Made by a program: the position numbers and the translations under genes. A stretch of DNA of 64,000 nt from Auanema rhodensis (Eukaryota > Animalia > Nematoda), in assembly GCA_964057225.1 (NCBI GenBank), contig OZ059895.1, positions 11,532,001-11,596,000 on the forward strand. Direction: 5' to 3'. This document shows positions 1 to 13,020 of the stretch, piece after piece. The notes below the pieces were generated by a model, which saw only the letters and a list, made by a program, of their open reading frames with translations, did not search any database and was not told where the DNA came from. Each line of letters opens with the position of its first letter. The first letter of the stretch is position 1.

Positions 1-12
1 CTTTTGTAACAA

Positions 13-410
13 ATGTTTTCAATTTTTAAGCAGTTTTACTCAGATAGCTCAACCCAAGGCAGCAAATTATCTTCAATATTATTTCTATCTTACAGTTATA
101 AACCAATAGTTAATGAACCATCATCTTACCTTTACTGTTTCTATCTATTTCCTATCGAAAGCAACTTTGTTCAAACACTACACAACTGTGAAACCTTTTT
201 TAATTTCTTGTATTTGGAGCTCATAAGATTTGATATCATTGAGAAATCCAGATAGAACGTGGAAAATTACATAACTACCATGAAATTGGGAAAAAATTGT
301 AACGAGGATAAGTATGTAAATCATTGAATATCAGATATTTTTGCTTAGGACCATACCACGTTGAAAGTACGCCATGCCGCTGATTTTCAATTTTAACTCT
401 TTTGTAACAA
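13..410 (+). repeat. Reference monomer (398 bp, left-domain type)
   Basis: First complete unit. Landmarks: GAGCTC (SacI) 217-222, TGATATCA (EcoRV) 231-238, AATATCAGATATT dyad 327-339, GC-richer block CCATACCACGTTGAAAGTACGCCATGCCGCTG 351-382. Most other monomers also carry GGATCC (BamHI) just after the EcoRV site. Confidence 0.97.
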
Positions 411-3400
411 ATGTTTTCAATTTTTAAGCAGTTTTACTTAGATAGCTCAACCCAAGGCACCAAATTATCTTCAATCTTTTTTCTATCTTACAGTTATAAA
501 CCAGTAGTGAATGAACCATCATCTTACCCGTACCGTTTCTATCTATTTCCTATCGAAAGCAACTTTGTTCAAAAACTATACAACTGTGAAACCTTTTTTA
601 ATTTCTTGTATTTGGAGCTCATAAGCTTTGATATCATTGAGGAATCCAGATAGAACGTGGAAAATTACGTAACTAACATGAAATTGGAAGAAACTATAAC
701 GAGGATAAGTATGTGAAACATTGAATATCAGATATTTTCGCTTAGGACCATACCACGTTGAAAGTACGCCATGCCGCTGATTTTCAATTTTAACTCTTTT
801 GTAACAAATGTTTTCAATTTTTAAGCAGTTTTACTTAGATAGCTCAACCCAAGGCAGCAAATTATCTTCAATATTATTTTTATCTTACAGTTATAAACCA
901 ATAGTTAATGAACCATCATCTTACCCTTACCGTTTCTATCTATTTCCTATCGAAACCAACTTTGTTCAAAAACTATACAACTGTGAAACCTTTTTTAATT
1001 TCTTGTATTTGGAGCTCATAAGATTTGATATCATTGAGGGATCCAGATAGAACGTGGAAAATTACGTAACTAACATGAAATTGGGAAAAAATTATAACGA
1101 GGATAAGTATGTAAATCATTGAATATCAGATATTTTCGCTTACGACCATACCACGTTGAAAGTACGCCATGCCGCTGATTTTCAATTTTAACTCTTCTGT
1201 AACAAATGTTTTCAATTTTCAAGCAGTTTTACTTAGATAGCTCAACCCAAGGCAGCAATTTATCTTCAATATTATTTCTATCTTACAGTTATAAACCAAT
1301 AGTTAATGAATCATCATCTTGCCCTTACCGTTTCTATCTATTTCCTATCGAAACCAACTTTGTTCAAAAACTATACAACTGTGAAACCTTTTTTAATTTC
1401 TTGTATTTGGAGCTCATAAGATTTGATATCATTGAGGGATCCAGATAGAACGTGGAAAATTACATAACTACCATGAAATTGGGAAAAAATTGTAACGAGG
1501 ATAAGTATGTAAATCATTGAATATCAGATATTTTCGCTTACGACCATACCACGTTAAAAGTACGCCATGCCGCTGATTTTCAATTTTAACTCTTTTGTAA
1601 CAAATGTTTTCAATTTTTAAGCAGTTTTACTCAGATAGCTCAACCCAAGGCAGCAAATTATCTTCAATATTATGTCTATCTTACAGTTATAAACCAATAG
1701 TTAATGAACCATCATCTTACCTTTACTGTTTCTATCTATTTCCTATCGAAAGCAACTTTGTTCAAACACTATACAACTGTGAAACCTTTTTTAATTTCTT
1801 GTATTTGGAGCTCATAAGATTTGATATCATTGAGGGATCCAGATAGAACGTGGAAAATTACATAACTACCATGAAATTGGGAAAAAATTGTAACGAGGAT
1901 AAGTATGTAAATCATTGAATATCAGATATTTTCGCTTAGGACCATACCACGTTAAAAGTACGGCATGCGGCTGATTTTCAATTTTAACTCTTCTGTAACA
2001 AATGTTTTCAATTTTCAAGCAGTTTTACTTAGATAGCTCAACCCAAGGCAGCAAATTATCTTCAATATTATTTCTATCTTACAGTTATAAACCAATAGTT
2101 AATGAACCATCATCTTACCTTTACTGTTTCTATCTATTTCCTATCGAAAGCAACTTTGTTCAAACACTATACAACTGTGAAACCTTTTTTAATTTCTTGT
2201 ATTTGGAGCTCATAAGATTTGATATCATCGAGGGATCCAGATAGAACGTGGAAAATTACATAACTACCATGAAATTGGGAAAAAATTGTAACGAGGATAA
2301 GTATGTAAATCATTGAATATCAGATATTTTCGCTTAGGACCATACCACGTTGAAAGTACGCCATGCCGCTGATTTTCAATTTTAACTCTTTTGTAACAAA
2401 TGTTTTCAATTTTTAAGCAGTTTTACTTAGATAGCTCAACCCAAGGCAGCAAATTATCTTCAATCTTTTTTCTATCTTACAGTTATAAACCAGTAGTGAA
2501 TGAACCATCATCTTACCCGTACCGTTTCTATCTATTTCCTATCGAAAGCAACTTTGTTCAAAAACTATACAACTGTGAAACCTTTTTTAATTTCTTGTAT
2601 TTGGAGCTCATAAGCTTTGATATCATTGAGGAATCCAGATAGAACGTGGAAAATTACATAACTACCATGAAATTGGAAAAAACTATAACGAGGATAAGTA
2701 TGTAAATCATTGAATATCAGATATTTTCGCTTAGGACCATACCACGTTAAAAGTACGGCATGCGGCTGATTTTCAATTTTAACTCTTCTGTAACAAATGT
2801 TTTCAATTTTCAAGCAGTTTTACTTAGATAGCTCAACCCAAGGCAGCAAATTATCTTCAATATTATTTCTATCTTACAGTTATAAACCAATAGTTAATGA
2901 ACCATCATCTTACCTTTACTGTTTCTATCTATTTCCTATCGAAAGCAACTTTGTTCAAACACTATACAACTGTGAAACCTTTTTTAATTTCTTGTATTTG
3001 GAGCTCATAAGCTTTGATATCATTGAGGAATCCAGATAGAACGTGGAAAATTACATAACTACCATGAAATTGGAAAAAACTATAACGAGGATAAGTATGT
3101 AAATCATTGAGTATCAGATATTTTTGCTTACAACTATACCACGTTGTAAGTACGCCATGCCGCTGATTTTCAATTTTAACTCTTTTGTAACAAATGTTTT
3201 CAATTTTCAAGCAGTTTTACTCAGATAGCTTAACCCAAGGCAGCAAATTATCTTCAATATTATTTCTATCTTACAGTTATAAACCAATAGTTAATGAACC
3301 ATCATCTTACCTTTACTGTTTCTATCTATTTCCTATCGAAACCAACTTTGTTCAAAAACTATACAACTGTGAAACCTTTTTTAATTTCTTGTATTTGGAG

Positions 3401-4139
3401 CTCATAAGATTTGATATCATTGAGGGATCCAGATAGAACGTGGAAAATTACATAACTACCATGAAATTGGGAAAAAATTGTAACGAGGATAAGTATGTAA
3501 ATCATTGAATATCAGATATTTTCGCTTAGGACCATACCACGTTGAAAGTACGCCATGCCGCTGATTTTCAATTTTAACTCTTTTGTAACAAATGTTTTCA
3601 ATTTTCAAGCAGTTTTACTCAGATAGCTTAACCCAAGGCAGCAAATTATGTTCAATATTATTTCTATCTTACAGTTATAAACCAATGGTTAATGAACCAT
3701 CATCTTACCTTTACTGTTTCTATTTATTTCTTATCGAAACCAACTTTGTTCAAAAACTATACAACTGTGAAACCTTTTTTAATTTCTTGTATTTGAAGCT
3801 CATAAGATTTGATATCATTGAGGGATCCAGATAGAACGTGGAAAATTACGTAACTAACATGAAATTGGGAAGAAATTATAACGAGGATAAGTATGTAAAT
3901 CATTGAATATCAGATATTTTCGCTTACGACCATACCACGTTGAAAGTACGCCATGCCGCTGATTTTCAATTTTAACTCTTCTGTAACAAATGTTTTCAAT
4001 TTTCAAGCAGTTTTACTTAGATAGCTCAACCCAAGGCAGCAATTTATCTTCAATATTATTTCTATCTTACAGTTATAAACCAATAGTTTATGGATCATCA
4101 TCTTACCCTTACCGTTTCTATCTATTTCCTATCGAAACC

Positions 4140-7100
4140 AACTTTGTTCAAAAACTATACAACTGTGAAACCTTTTTTAATTTATTGTATTTGGAGCTCA
4201 TAAGATTTGATATCATTGAGGGATCCAGATAGAACGTGGAAAATTACATAACTACCATGAAATTGGGAAAAAATTGTAACGAGGATAAGTATGTAAATCA
4301 TTGAATATCAGATATGTTTGCTTACGACCATACCACGTTAAAAGTACGCCATGCCGCTGATTTTCAATTTTAACTCTTCTGTAACGAATGTTTTCAATTT
4401 TCAAGCAGTTTTACTTAGAAAGCTCAACCCAAGGCAGCAAATTATGTTCAATATTATTTCTATCTTACAGTTATAAACCAATAGTTAATGAACCATCATC
4501 TTACCTTTACTGTTTCTATCTATTTCCTATCGAAAGCAACTTTGTTCAAACACTATACAACTGTGAAACCTTTTTTAATTTCTTGTATTTGGAGCTCATA
4601 AGATTTGATATCATTGAGGGATCCAGATAGAACGTGGAAAATTACATAACTACCATGAAATTGAGAAAAAATTGTAACGAGGATAAGTATGTAAATCATT
4701 GAATATCAGATATTTTCGCTTACAAGTATACCACGTTGAAAGAACGCCATGCAGCTGAATTTCAATTTTAACTCTTTTGTAACAAATGTTTTCAATTTTC
4801 AAGCAGTTTTACTTAGATAGCTCAACCCAAGGCAGCAATTTATCTTCAATATTATTTCTATCTTACAGTTATAAACCAATAGTTAATGGATCATCATCTC
4901 ACCCTTACCGTTTCTATCTATTTCCTATCGAAAGCAACTTTGTTCAAACACTATACAACTGTGAAACCTTTTTTAATTTCTTGTATTTGGAGCTCATGAG
5001 ATTTGATATCATTGAGGGATCCAGATAGAACGTGGAAAATTACATAACTACCATGAAATTGGGAGAAAATTGTAACGAGGATAAGTATGTAAATCATTCA
5101 ATATCAGATATTTTCGCTTACGACCATACCACGTTGAAAGTACGCCATGCCGCTGATTTTCAATTTTAACTCTTCTGTAACGAATGTTTTCAATTTTCAA
5201 GCAGTTTTACTTAGAAAGCTCAACCCAAGGCAGCAAATTATCTTCAATATTATTTCTATCTTACAGTTATAAACCAATAGTTAATGAACCATCATCTTAC
5301 CTTTACTGTTTCTATCTATTTCCTATCGAAAGCAACTTTGTTCAAACACTATACAACTGTGAAACCTTTTTTAATTTCTTGTATTTGGAGCTCATAAGAT
5401 TTGATATCATTGAGGGATCCAGATAGAACGTGGAAAATTACGTAACTAACATGAAATTGGGAAAAAAATATAACGAGGATAAGTATGTAAATCATTGAAT
5501 ATCAGATATTTTCGCTTACGACCATACCACGTTGAAAGTACGCCATGCCGCTGATTTTCAATTTTAACTCTTCTGTAACAAATGTTTTCAATTTTCAAGC
5601 AGTTTTACTTAGATAGCTCAACCCAAGGCAGCAATTTATCTTCAATATTATTTCTATCTTACAGTTATAAACCAATAGTTAATGAACCATCATCTTACCT
5701 TTACTGTTTCTATCTATTTCCTATCGAAAGCAACTTTGTTCAAACACTATACAACTGTGACACCTTTTTTAAATTCTTGTATTTGGAGTTCATAAGATTT
5801 GATATCATCGAGGGATCCAGATAGAACGTGGAAAATTACATAACTAACATGAAATTGGGAAAAAATTATAACGAGGATAAGTATGTGAAACATTGATTAT
5901 CAGATATTTTTGCTTAGGACCATACCACGTTGAAAGTACGCCATGCCGCTGATTTTCAATTTTAACTCTTTTGTAACAAATGTTTTCAATTTTCAAGCAG
6001 TTTTACTCAGATAGCTTAACCCAAGGCAGCAAATTATCTTCAATATTATTTCTATCTTACAGTTATAAACCAATAGTTAATGAACCATCATCTTACCTTT
6101 ACTGTTTCTATCTATTTCCTATCGAAAGCAACTTTGTTCAAAAACTATACAACTGTGAAACCTTTTTTAATTTCTTGTATTTGGAGCTCATAAGATTTGA
6201 TATCATTGAGGGATCCAGATAGAACGTGGAAAATTACGTAACTAACATGAAAGTGGAGAAAACTATAACGAGGATAAGTATGTAAATCATTGAATATCAA
6301 ATATTTTTGCTTACAACTATACCACGTTGTAAGTACGCCATGCCGCTGATTTTCAATTTTAACTCTTTTGTAACAAATGTTTTCAATTTTCAAGCAGTTT
6401 TACTCAGATAGCTTAACCCAAGGCAGCAAATTATCTACAATATTATTTCTATCTTACAGTTATAAACCCATAGTTAATGAATCATCATCTTACCTTTACT
6501 GTTTCTATCTATTTCCTATCGAAAGCAACTTTGTTCAAACACTATACAACTGTGAAACCTTTTTTAATTTCTTGTATTTGGAGCTCATAAGATATGATAT
6601 CATTGAGGGATCCAGATAGAACGTGGAAAATTACGTAACTAACATGAAATTGGAAAAAACTATAACGAGGATAAGTATGTGAATCATTGAATATCAGATA
6701 TTTTCGCTTAGGACCATACCACGTTGAAAGTACGCCATGCCGCTGATTTTCAATTTTAACTCTTTTGTAACAAATGTTTTCAATTTTCAAGCAGTTTTAC
6801 TCAGATAGCTTAACCCAAGGCAGCAAATTATCTTCAATATTATTTCTATCTTACAGTTATAAACCAATAGTTAATGAACCATCATCTTACCTTTACTGTT
6901 TCTATCTATTTCCTATCGAAAGCAACTTTGTTCAAAAACTATACAACTGTGAAACCTTTTTTAATTTATTGTATTTGGAGCTCATAAGATTTGATATCAT
7001 TGAGGGATCCAGATAGAACGTGGAAAATTACATAACTACCATGAAATTGGGAAAAAATTGTAACGAGGATAAGTATGTAAATCATTGAATATCAGATATG

Positions 7101-9749
7101 TTTGCTTACGACCATACCACGTTAAAAGTACGCCATGCCGCTGATTTTCAATTTTAACTCTTCTGTAACAAATGTTTTCAATTTTCAAGCAGTTTTACTT
7201 AGATAGCTCAACCCAAGGCAGCAGTTTATCTTCAATATTATTTCTATCTTACAGTTATAAACCAATAGTTAATGAACCATCATCTTACCTTTACTGTTTC
7301 TATCTATTTCCTATCGAAAGCAACTTTGTTCAAACACTATACAACTGTGAAACCTTTTTTAATTTCTTGTATTTGGAGCTCATAAGATTTGATATCATTG
7401 AGGGATCCAGATAGAACGTGGAAAATTACATAACTACCATGAAATTGAGAAAAAATTGTAACGAGGATAAGTATGTAAATCATTGAATATCAGATATTTT
7501 CGCTTACAAGTATACCACGTTGAAAGAACGCCATGCAGCTGAATTTCAATTTTAACTCTTTTGTAACAAATGTTTTCAATTTTCAAGCAGTTTTACTTAG
7601 ATAGCTCAACCCAAGGCAGCAATTTATCTTCAATATTATTTCTATCTTACAGTTATAAACCAATAGTTAATGGATCATCATCTCACCCTTACCGTTTCTA
7701 TCTATTTCCTATCGAAAGCAACTTTGTTCAAACACTATACAACTGTGAAACCTTTTTTAATTTCTTGTATTTGGAGCTCATGAGATTTGATATCATTGAG
7801 GGATCCAGATAGAACGTGGAAAATTACATAACTACCATGAAATTGGGAGAAAATTGTAACGAGGATAAGTATGTAAATCATTCAATATCAGATATTTTCG
7901 CTTACGACCATACCACGTTGAAAGTACGCCATGCCGCTGATTTTCAATTTTAACTCTTCTGTAACGAATGTTTTCAATTTTCAAGCAGTTTTACTTAGAA
8001 AGCTCAACCCAAGGCAGCAAATTATCTTCAATATTATTTCTATCTTACAGTTATAAACCAATAGTTAATGAACCATCATCTTACCTTTACTGTTTCTATC
8101 TATTTCCTATCGAAAGCAACTTTGTTCAAACACTATACAACTGTGAAACCTTTTTTAATTTCTTGTATTTGGAGCTCATAAGATTTGATATCATTGAGGG
8201 ATCCAGATAGAACGTGGAAAATTACGTAACTAACATGAAATTGGGAAAAAAATATAACGAGGATAAGTATGTAAATCATTGAATATCAGATATTTTCGCT
8301 TACGACCATACCACGTTGAAAGTACGCCATGCCGCTGATTTTCAATTTTAACTCTTCTGTAACAAATGTTTTCAATTTTCAAGCAGTTTTACTTAGATAG
8401 CTCAACCCAAGGCAGCAATTTATCTTCAATATTATTTCTATCTTACAGTTATAAACCAATAGTTAATGAACCATCATCTTACCTTTACTGTTTCTATCTA
8501 TTTCCTATCGAAAGCAACTTTGTTCAAACACTATACAACTGTGACACCTTTTTTAAATTCTTGTATTTGGAGTTCATAAGATTTGATATCATCGAGGGAT
8601 CCAGATAGAACGTGGAAAATTACATAACTAACATGAAATTGGGAAAAAATTATAACGAGGATAAGTATGTGAAACATTGATTATCAGATATTTTTGCTTA
8701 GGACCATACCACGTTGAAAGTACGCCATGCCGCTGATTTTCAATTTTAACTCTTTTGTAACAAATGTTTTCAATTTTCAAGCAGTTTTACTCAGATAGCT
8801 TAACCCAAGGCAGCAAATTATCTTCAATATTATTTCTATCTTACAGTTATAAACCAATAGTTAATGAACCATCATCTTACCTTTACTGTTTCTATCTATT
8901 TCCTATCGAAAGCAACTTTGTTCAAAAACTATACAACTGTGAAACCTTTTTTAATTTCTTGTATTTGGAGCTCATAAGATTTGATATCATTGAGGGATCC
9001 AGATAGAACGTGGAAAATTACGTAACTAACATGAAAGTGGAGAAAACTATAACGAGGATAAGTATGTAAATCATTGAATATCAAATATTTTTGCTTACAA
9101 CTATACCACGTTGTAAGTACGCCATGCCGCTGATTTTCAATTTTAACTCTTTTGTAACAAATGTTTTCAATTTTCAAGCAGTTTTACTCAGATAGCTTAA
9201 CCCAAGGCAGCAAATTATCTACAATATTATTTCTATCTTACAGTTATAAACCCATAGTTAATGAATCATCATCTTACCTTTACTGTTTCTATCTATTTCC
9301 TATCGAAAGCAACTTTGTTCAAACACTATACAACTGTGAAACCTTTTTTAATTTCTTGTATTTGGAGCTCATAAGATATGATATCATTGAGGGATCCAGA
9401 TAGAACGTGGAAAATTACGTAACTAACATGAAATTGGAAAAAACTATAACGAGGATAAGTATGTGAATCATTGAATATCAGATATTTTCGCTTAGGACCA
9501 TACCACGTTGAAAGTACGCCATGCCGCTGATTTTCAATTTTAACTCTTTTGTAACAAATGTTTTCAATTTTCAAGCAGTTTTACTCAGATAGCTTAACCC
9601 AAGGCAGCAAATTATCTTCAATATTATTTCTATCTTACAGTTATAAACCAATAGTTAATGAACCATCATCTTACCTTTACTGTTTCTATCTATTTCCTAT
9701 CGAAAGCAACTTTGTTCAAAAACTATACAACTGTGAAACCTTTTTTAAT
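4140..9749 (+). repeat. Tandem duplication of a 7-monomer block (period 2784 bp)
   Basis: Private variants recur 2784 bp apart: AATTTATTG, GATATGTTTG, ACAAGTATA...AGAACGCCATGCAGCTGAAT, TCTCACCC and TTTAAATTC. Translated monomers are identical at 4786/7570, 5184/7968, 5582/8366, 5980/8764 and 6377/9161. Boundaries are approximate. Confidence 0.93.
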
Positions 9750-12700
9750 TTCTTGTATTTGGAGCTCATAAGATTTGATATCATTGAGAAATTTAGATAG
9801 AACGTGGAAAATTACGTAACTAACATGAAATTGGGAAAAAATTATAACGAGGATAAGTATGTAAATCATTGAATATCAGATATTTTCGCTTACGACCATA
9901 CCACGTTGAAAGTACGCCATGCCGCTGATTTTCAATTTTAACTCTTCTGTAACAAATGTTTTCAATTTTCAAGCAGTTTTACTTAGATAGCTCAACCCAA
10001 GGCAGCAGTTTATCTTCAATATTATTTCTATCTTACAGTTATAAACCAATAGTTAATGAACCATCATCTTACCTTTACTGTTTCTATCTATTTCCTATCG
10101 AAAGCAACTTTGTTCAAACACTATACAACTGTGACACCTTTTTTAATTTCTTGTATTTGGAGTTCATAAGATTTGATATCATCGAGCGATCCAGATAGAA
10201 CGTGGAAAATTACATTACTAACATGAAATTGGGAAAAAATTATAACGAGGATAAGTATGTGAAACATTGATTATCAGATATTTTCGCTTAGGACCATACC
10301 ACGTTGAAACTACGCCATGCCGCTGATTTTCAATTTTAACTCTTCTGTATTAAATGTTTTCAATTTTCAAGCAGTTTTACTTAGATAGCTCAACCGAAGG
10401 CAGCAAATTATCTTCAATCTTTTTTCTATCTTACAGTTATAAACCAGTAGTGAATGAACCATCATCTTACCCGTACCGTTTCTATCTATTTCCTATCGAA
10501 AGCAACTTTGTTCAAAAACTATACAACTGTGAAACCTTCTTTAATTTCTTGTATTTGGAGCTCATAAGCTTTGATATCATTGAGAAATTCAGATAGAACG
10601 TGGAAAATTACGTAACTAACATGAAATTGGAAAAAAATTATAACGAGGATAAGTATGTGAAACATTGAATATCAGATATTTTCGCTTAGGACCATACCAC
10701 GTTGAAAGTACGCCATGCCGCTGATTTTCAATTTTAACTCTTTTGTAACAAATGTTTTCAATTTTTAAGCAGTTTTACTCAGATAGCTCAACCCAAGGCA
10801 GCAAATTATCTTCAATATTATTTCTATCTTACAGTTATAAACCAATAGTTAATGAACCATCATCTTACCTTTACTGTTTCTCTCTATTTCCTATCGAAAG
10901 CAACTTTGTTCAAACACTATACAACTGTGAAACCTTTTTTAATTTCTTGTATTTGGAGCTCATAAGATTTGATATCATTGAGGGATCCAGATAGAACGTG
11001 GAAAATTACATAACTACCATGAAATTGGGAAAAAATTATAACGAGGATAAGTATGTAAATCATTGAATATCAAATATTTTTGCTTACAACTATACCACGT
11101 TGTAAGTACGCCATGCCGCTGATTTTCAATTTTAACTCTTTTGTAACAAATGTTTTCAATTTTCAAGCAGTTTTACTCAGATAGCTTAACCCAAGGCAGC
11201 AAATTATCTACAATATTATTTCTATCTTACAGTTATAAACCCATAGTTAATGAATCATCATCTTACCTTTACTGTTTCTATCTATTTCCTATCGAAAGCA
11301 ACTTTGTTCAAACACTATACAACTGTGAAACCTTTTTTAATTTCTTGTATTTGGAGCTCATAAGATATGATATCATTGAGGGATCCAGATAGAACGTGGA
11401 AAATTACGTAACTAACATGAAATTGGAAAAAACTATAACGAGGATAAGTATGTGAATCATTGAATATCAGATATTTTCGCTTAGGACCATACCACGTTGA
11501 AAGTACGCCATGCCGCTGATTTTCAATTTTAACTCTTTTGTAACAAATGTTTTCAATTTTCAAGCAGTTTTACTCAGATAGCTTAACCCAAGGCAGCAAA
11601 TTATCTTCAATATTATTTCTATCTTACAGTTATAAACCAATAGTTAATGAACCATCATCTTACCTTTACTGTTTCTATCTATTTCCTATCGAAAGCAACT
11701 TTGTTCAAAAACTATACAACTGTGAAACCTTTTTTAATTTCTTGTATTTGGAGCTCATAAGATTTGATATCATTGAGAAATTTAGATAGAACGTGGAAAA
11801 TTACGTAACTAACATGAAATTGGGAAAAAATTATAACGAGGATAAGTATGTAAATCATTGAATATCAGATATTTTCGCTTACGACCATACCACGTTGAAA
11901 GTACGCCATGCCGCTGATTTTCAATTTTAACTCTTCTGTAACAAATGTTTTCAATTTTCAAGCAGTTTTACTTAGATAGCTCAACCCAAGGCAGCAGTTT
12001 ATCTTCAATATTATTTCTATCTTACAGTTATAAACCAATAGTTAATGAACCATCATCTTACCTTTACTGTTTCTATCTATTTCCTATCGAAAGCAACTTT
12101 GTTCAAACACTATACAACTGTGACACCTTTTTTAATTTCTTGTATTTGGAGTTCATAAGATTTGATATCATCGAGCGATCCAGATAGAACGTGGAAAATT
12201 ACATTACTAACATGAAATTGGGAAAAAATTATAACGAGGATAAGTATGTGAAACATTGATTATCAGATATTTTCGCTTAGGACCATACCACGTTGAAACT
12301 ACGCCATGCCGCTGATTTTCAATTTTAACTCTTCTGTATTAAATGTTTTCAATTTTCAAGCAGTTTTACTTAGATAGCTCAACCGAAGGCAGCAAATTAT
12401 CTTCAATCTTTTTTCTATCTTACAGTTATAAACCAGTAGTGAATGAACCATCATCTTACCCGTACCGTTTCTATCTATTTCCTATCGAAAGCAACTTTGT
12501 TCAAAAACTATACAACTGTGAAACCTTCTTTAATTTCTTGTATTTGGAGCTCATAAGCTTTGATATCATTGAGAAATTCAGATAGAACGTGGAAAATTAC
12601 GTAACTAACATGAAATTGGAAAAAAATTATAACGAGGATAAGTATGTGAAACATTGAATATCAGATATTTTCGCTTAGGACCATACCACGTTGAAAGTAC

Positions 12701-13020
12701 GCCATGCCGCTGATTTTCAATTTTAACTCTTTTGTAACAAATGTTTTCAATTTTTAAGCAGTTTTACTCAGATAGCTCAACCCAAGGCAGCAAATTATCT
12801 TCAATATTATTTCTATCTTACAGTTATAAACCAATAGTTAATGAACCATCATCTTACCTTTACTGTTTCTCTCTATTTCCTATCGAAAGCAACTTTGTTC
12901 AAACACTATACAACTGTGAAACCTTTTTTAATTTCTTGTATTTGGAGCTCATAAGATTTGATATCATTGAGGGATCCAGATAGAACGTGGAAAATTACAT
13001 AACTACCATGAAATTGGGAA
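9070..13020 (+). repeat. Tandem duplication of a 5-monomer block (period 1989 bp)
   Basis: Monomers 9161/11150, 9558/11547, 9956/11945, 10354/12343 and 10752/12741 match, including private variants GAGCGATCC, ACATTACTA, GAAACTACG, ACCGAAGG and ACCTTCTTT. Confidence 0.94.

Noticed and set aside
256-362. 7-bp inverted repeat AACGTGG/CCACGTT 100 bp apart (G-box/ABRE-like; possible MITE ends)
   Set aside because: A 7-bp inverted match is expected by chance in 400 bp. It does not extend, has no target-site duplication, and has no gene context.
736-752. CENP-B box-like motif at TTTCGCTTAGGACCATA
   Set aside because: Only TTCG matches. The required A and CGGG of NTTCGNNNNANNCGGGN are absent, and TTCG itself is polymorphic.
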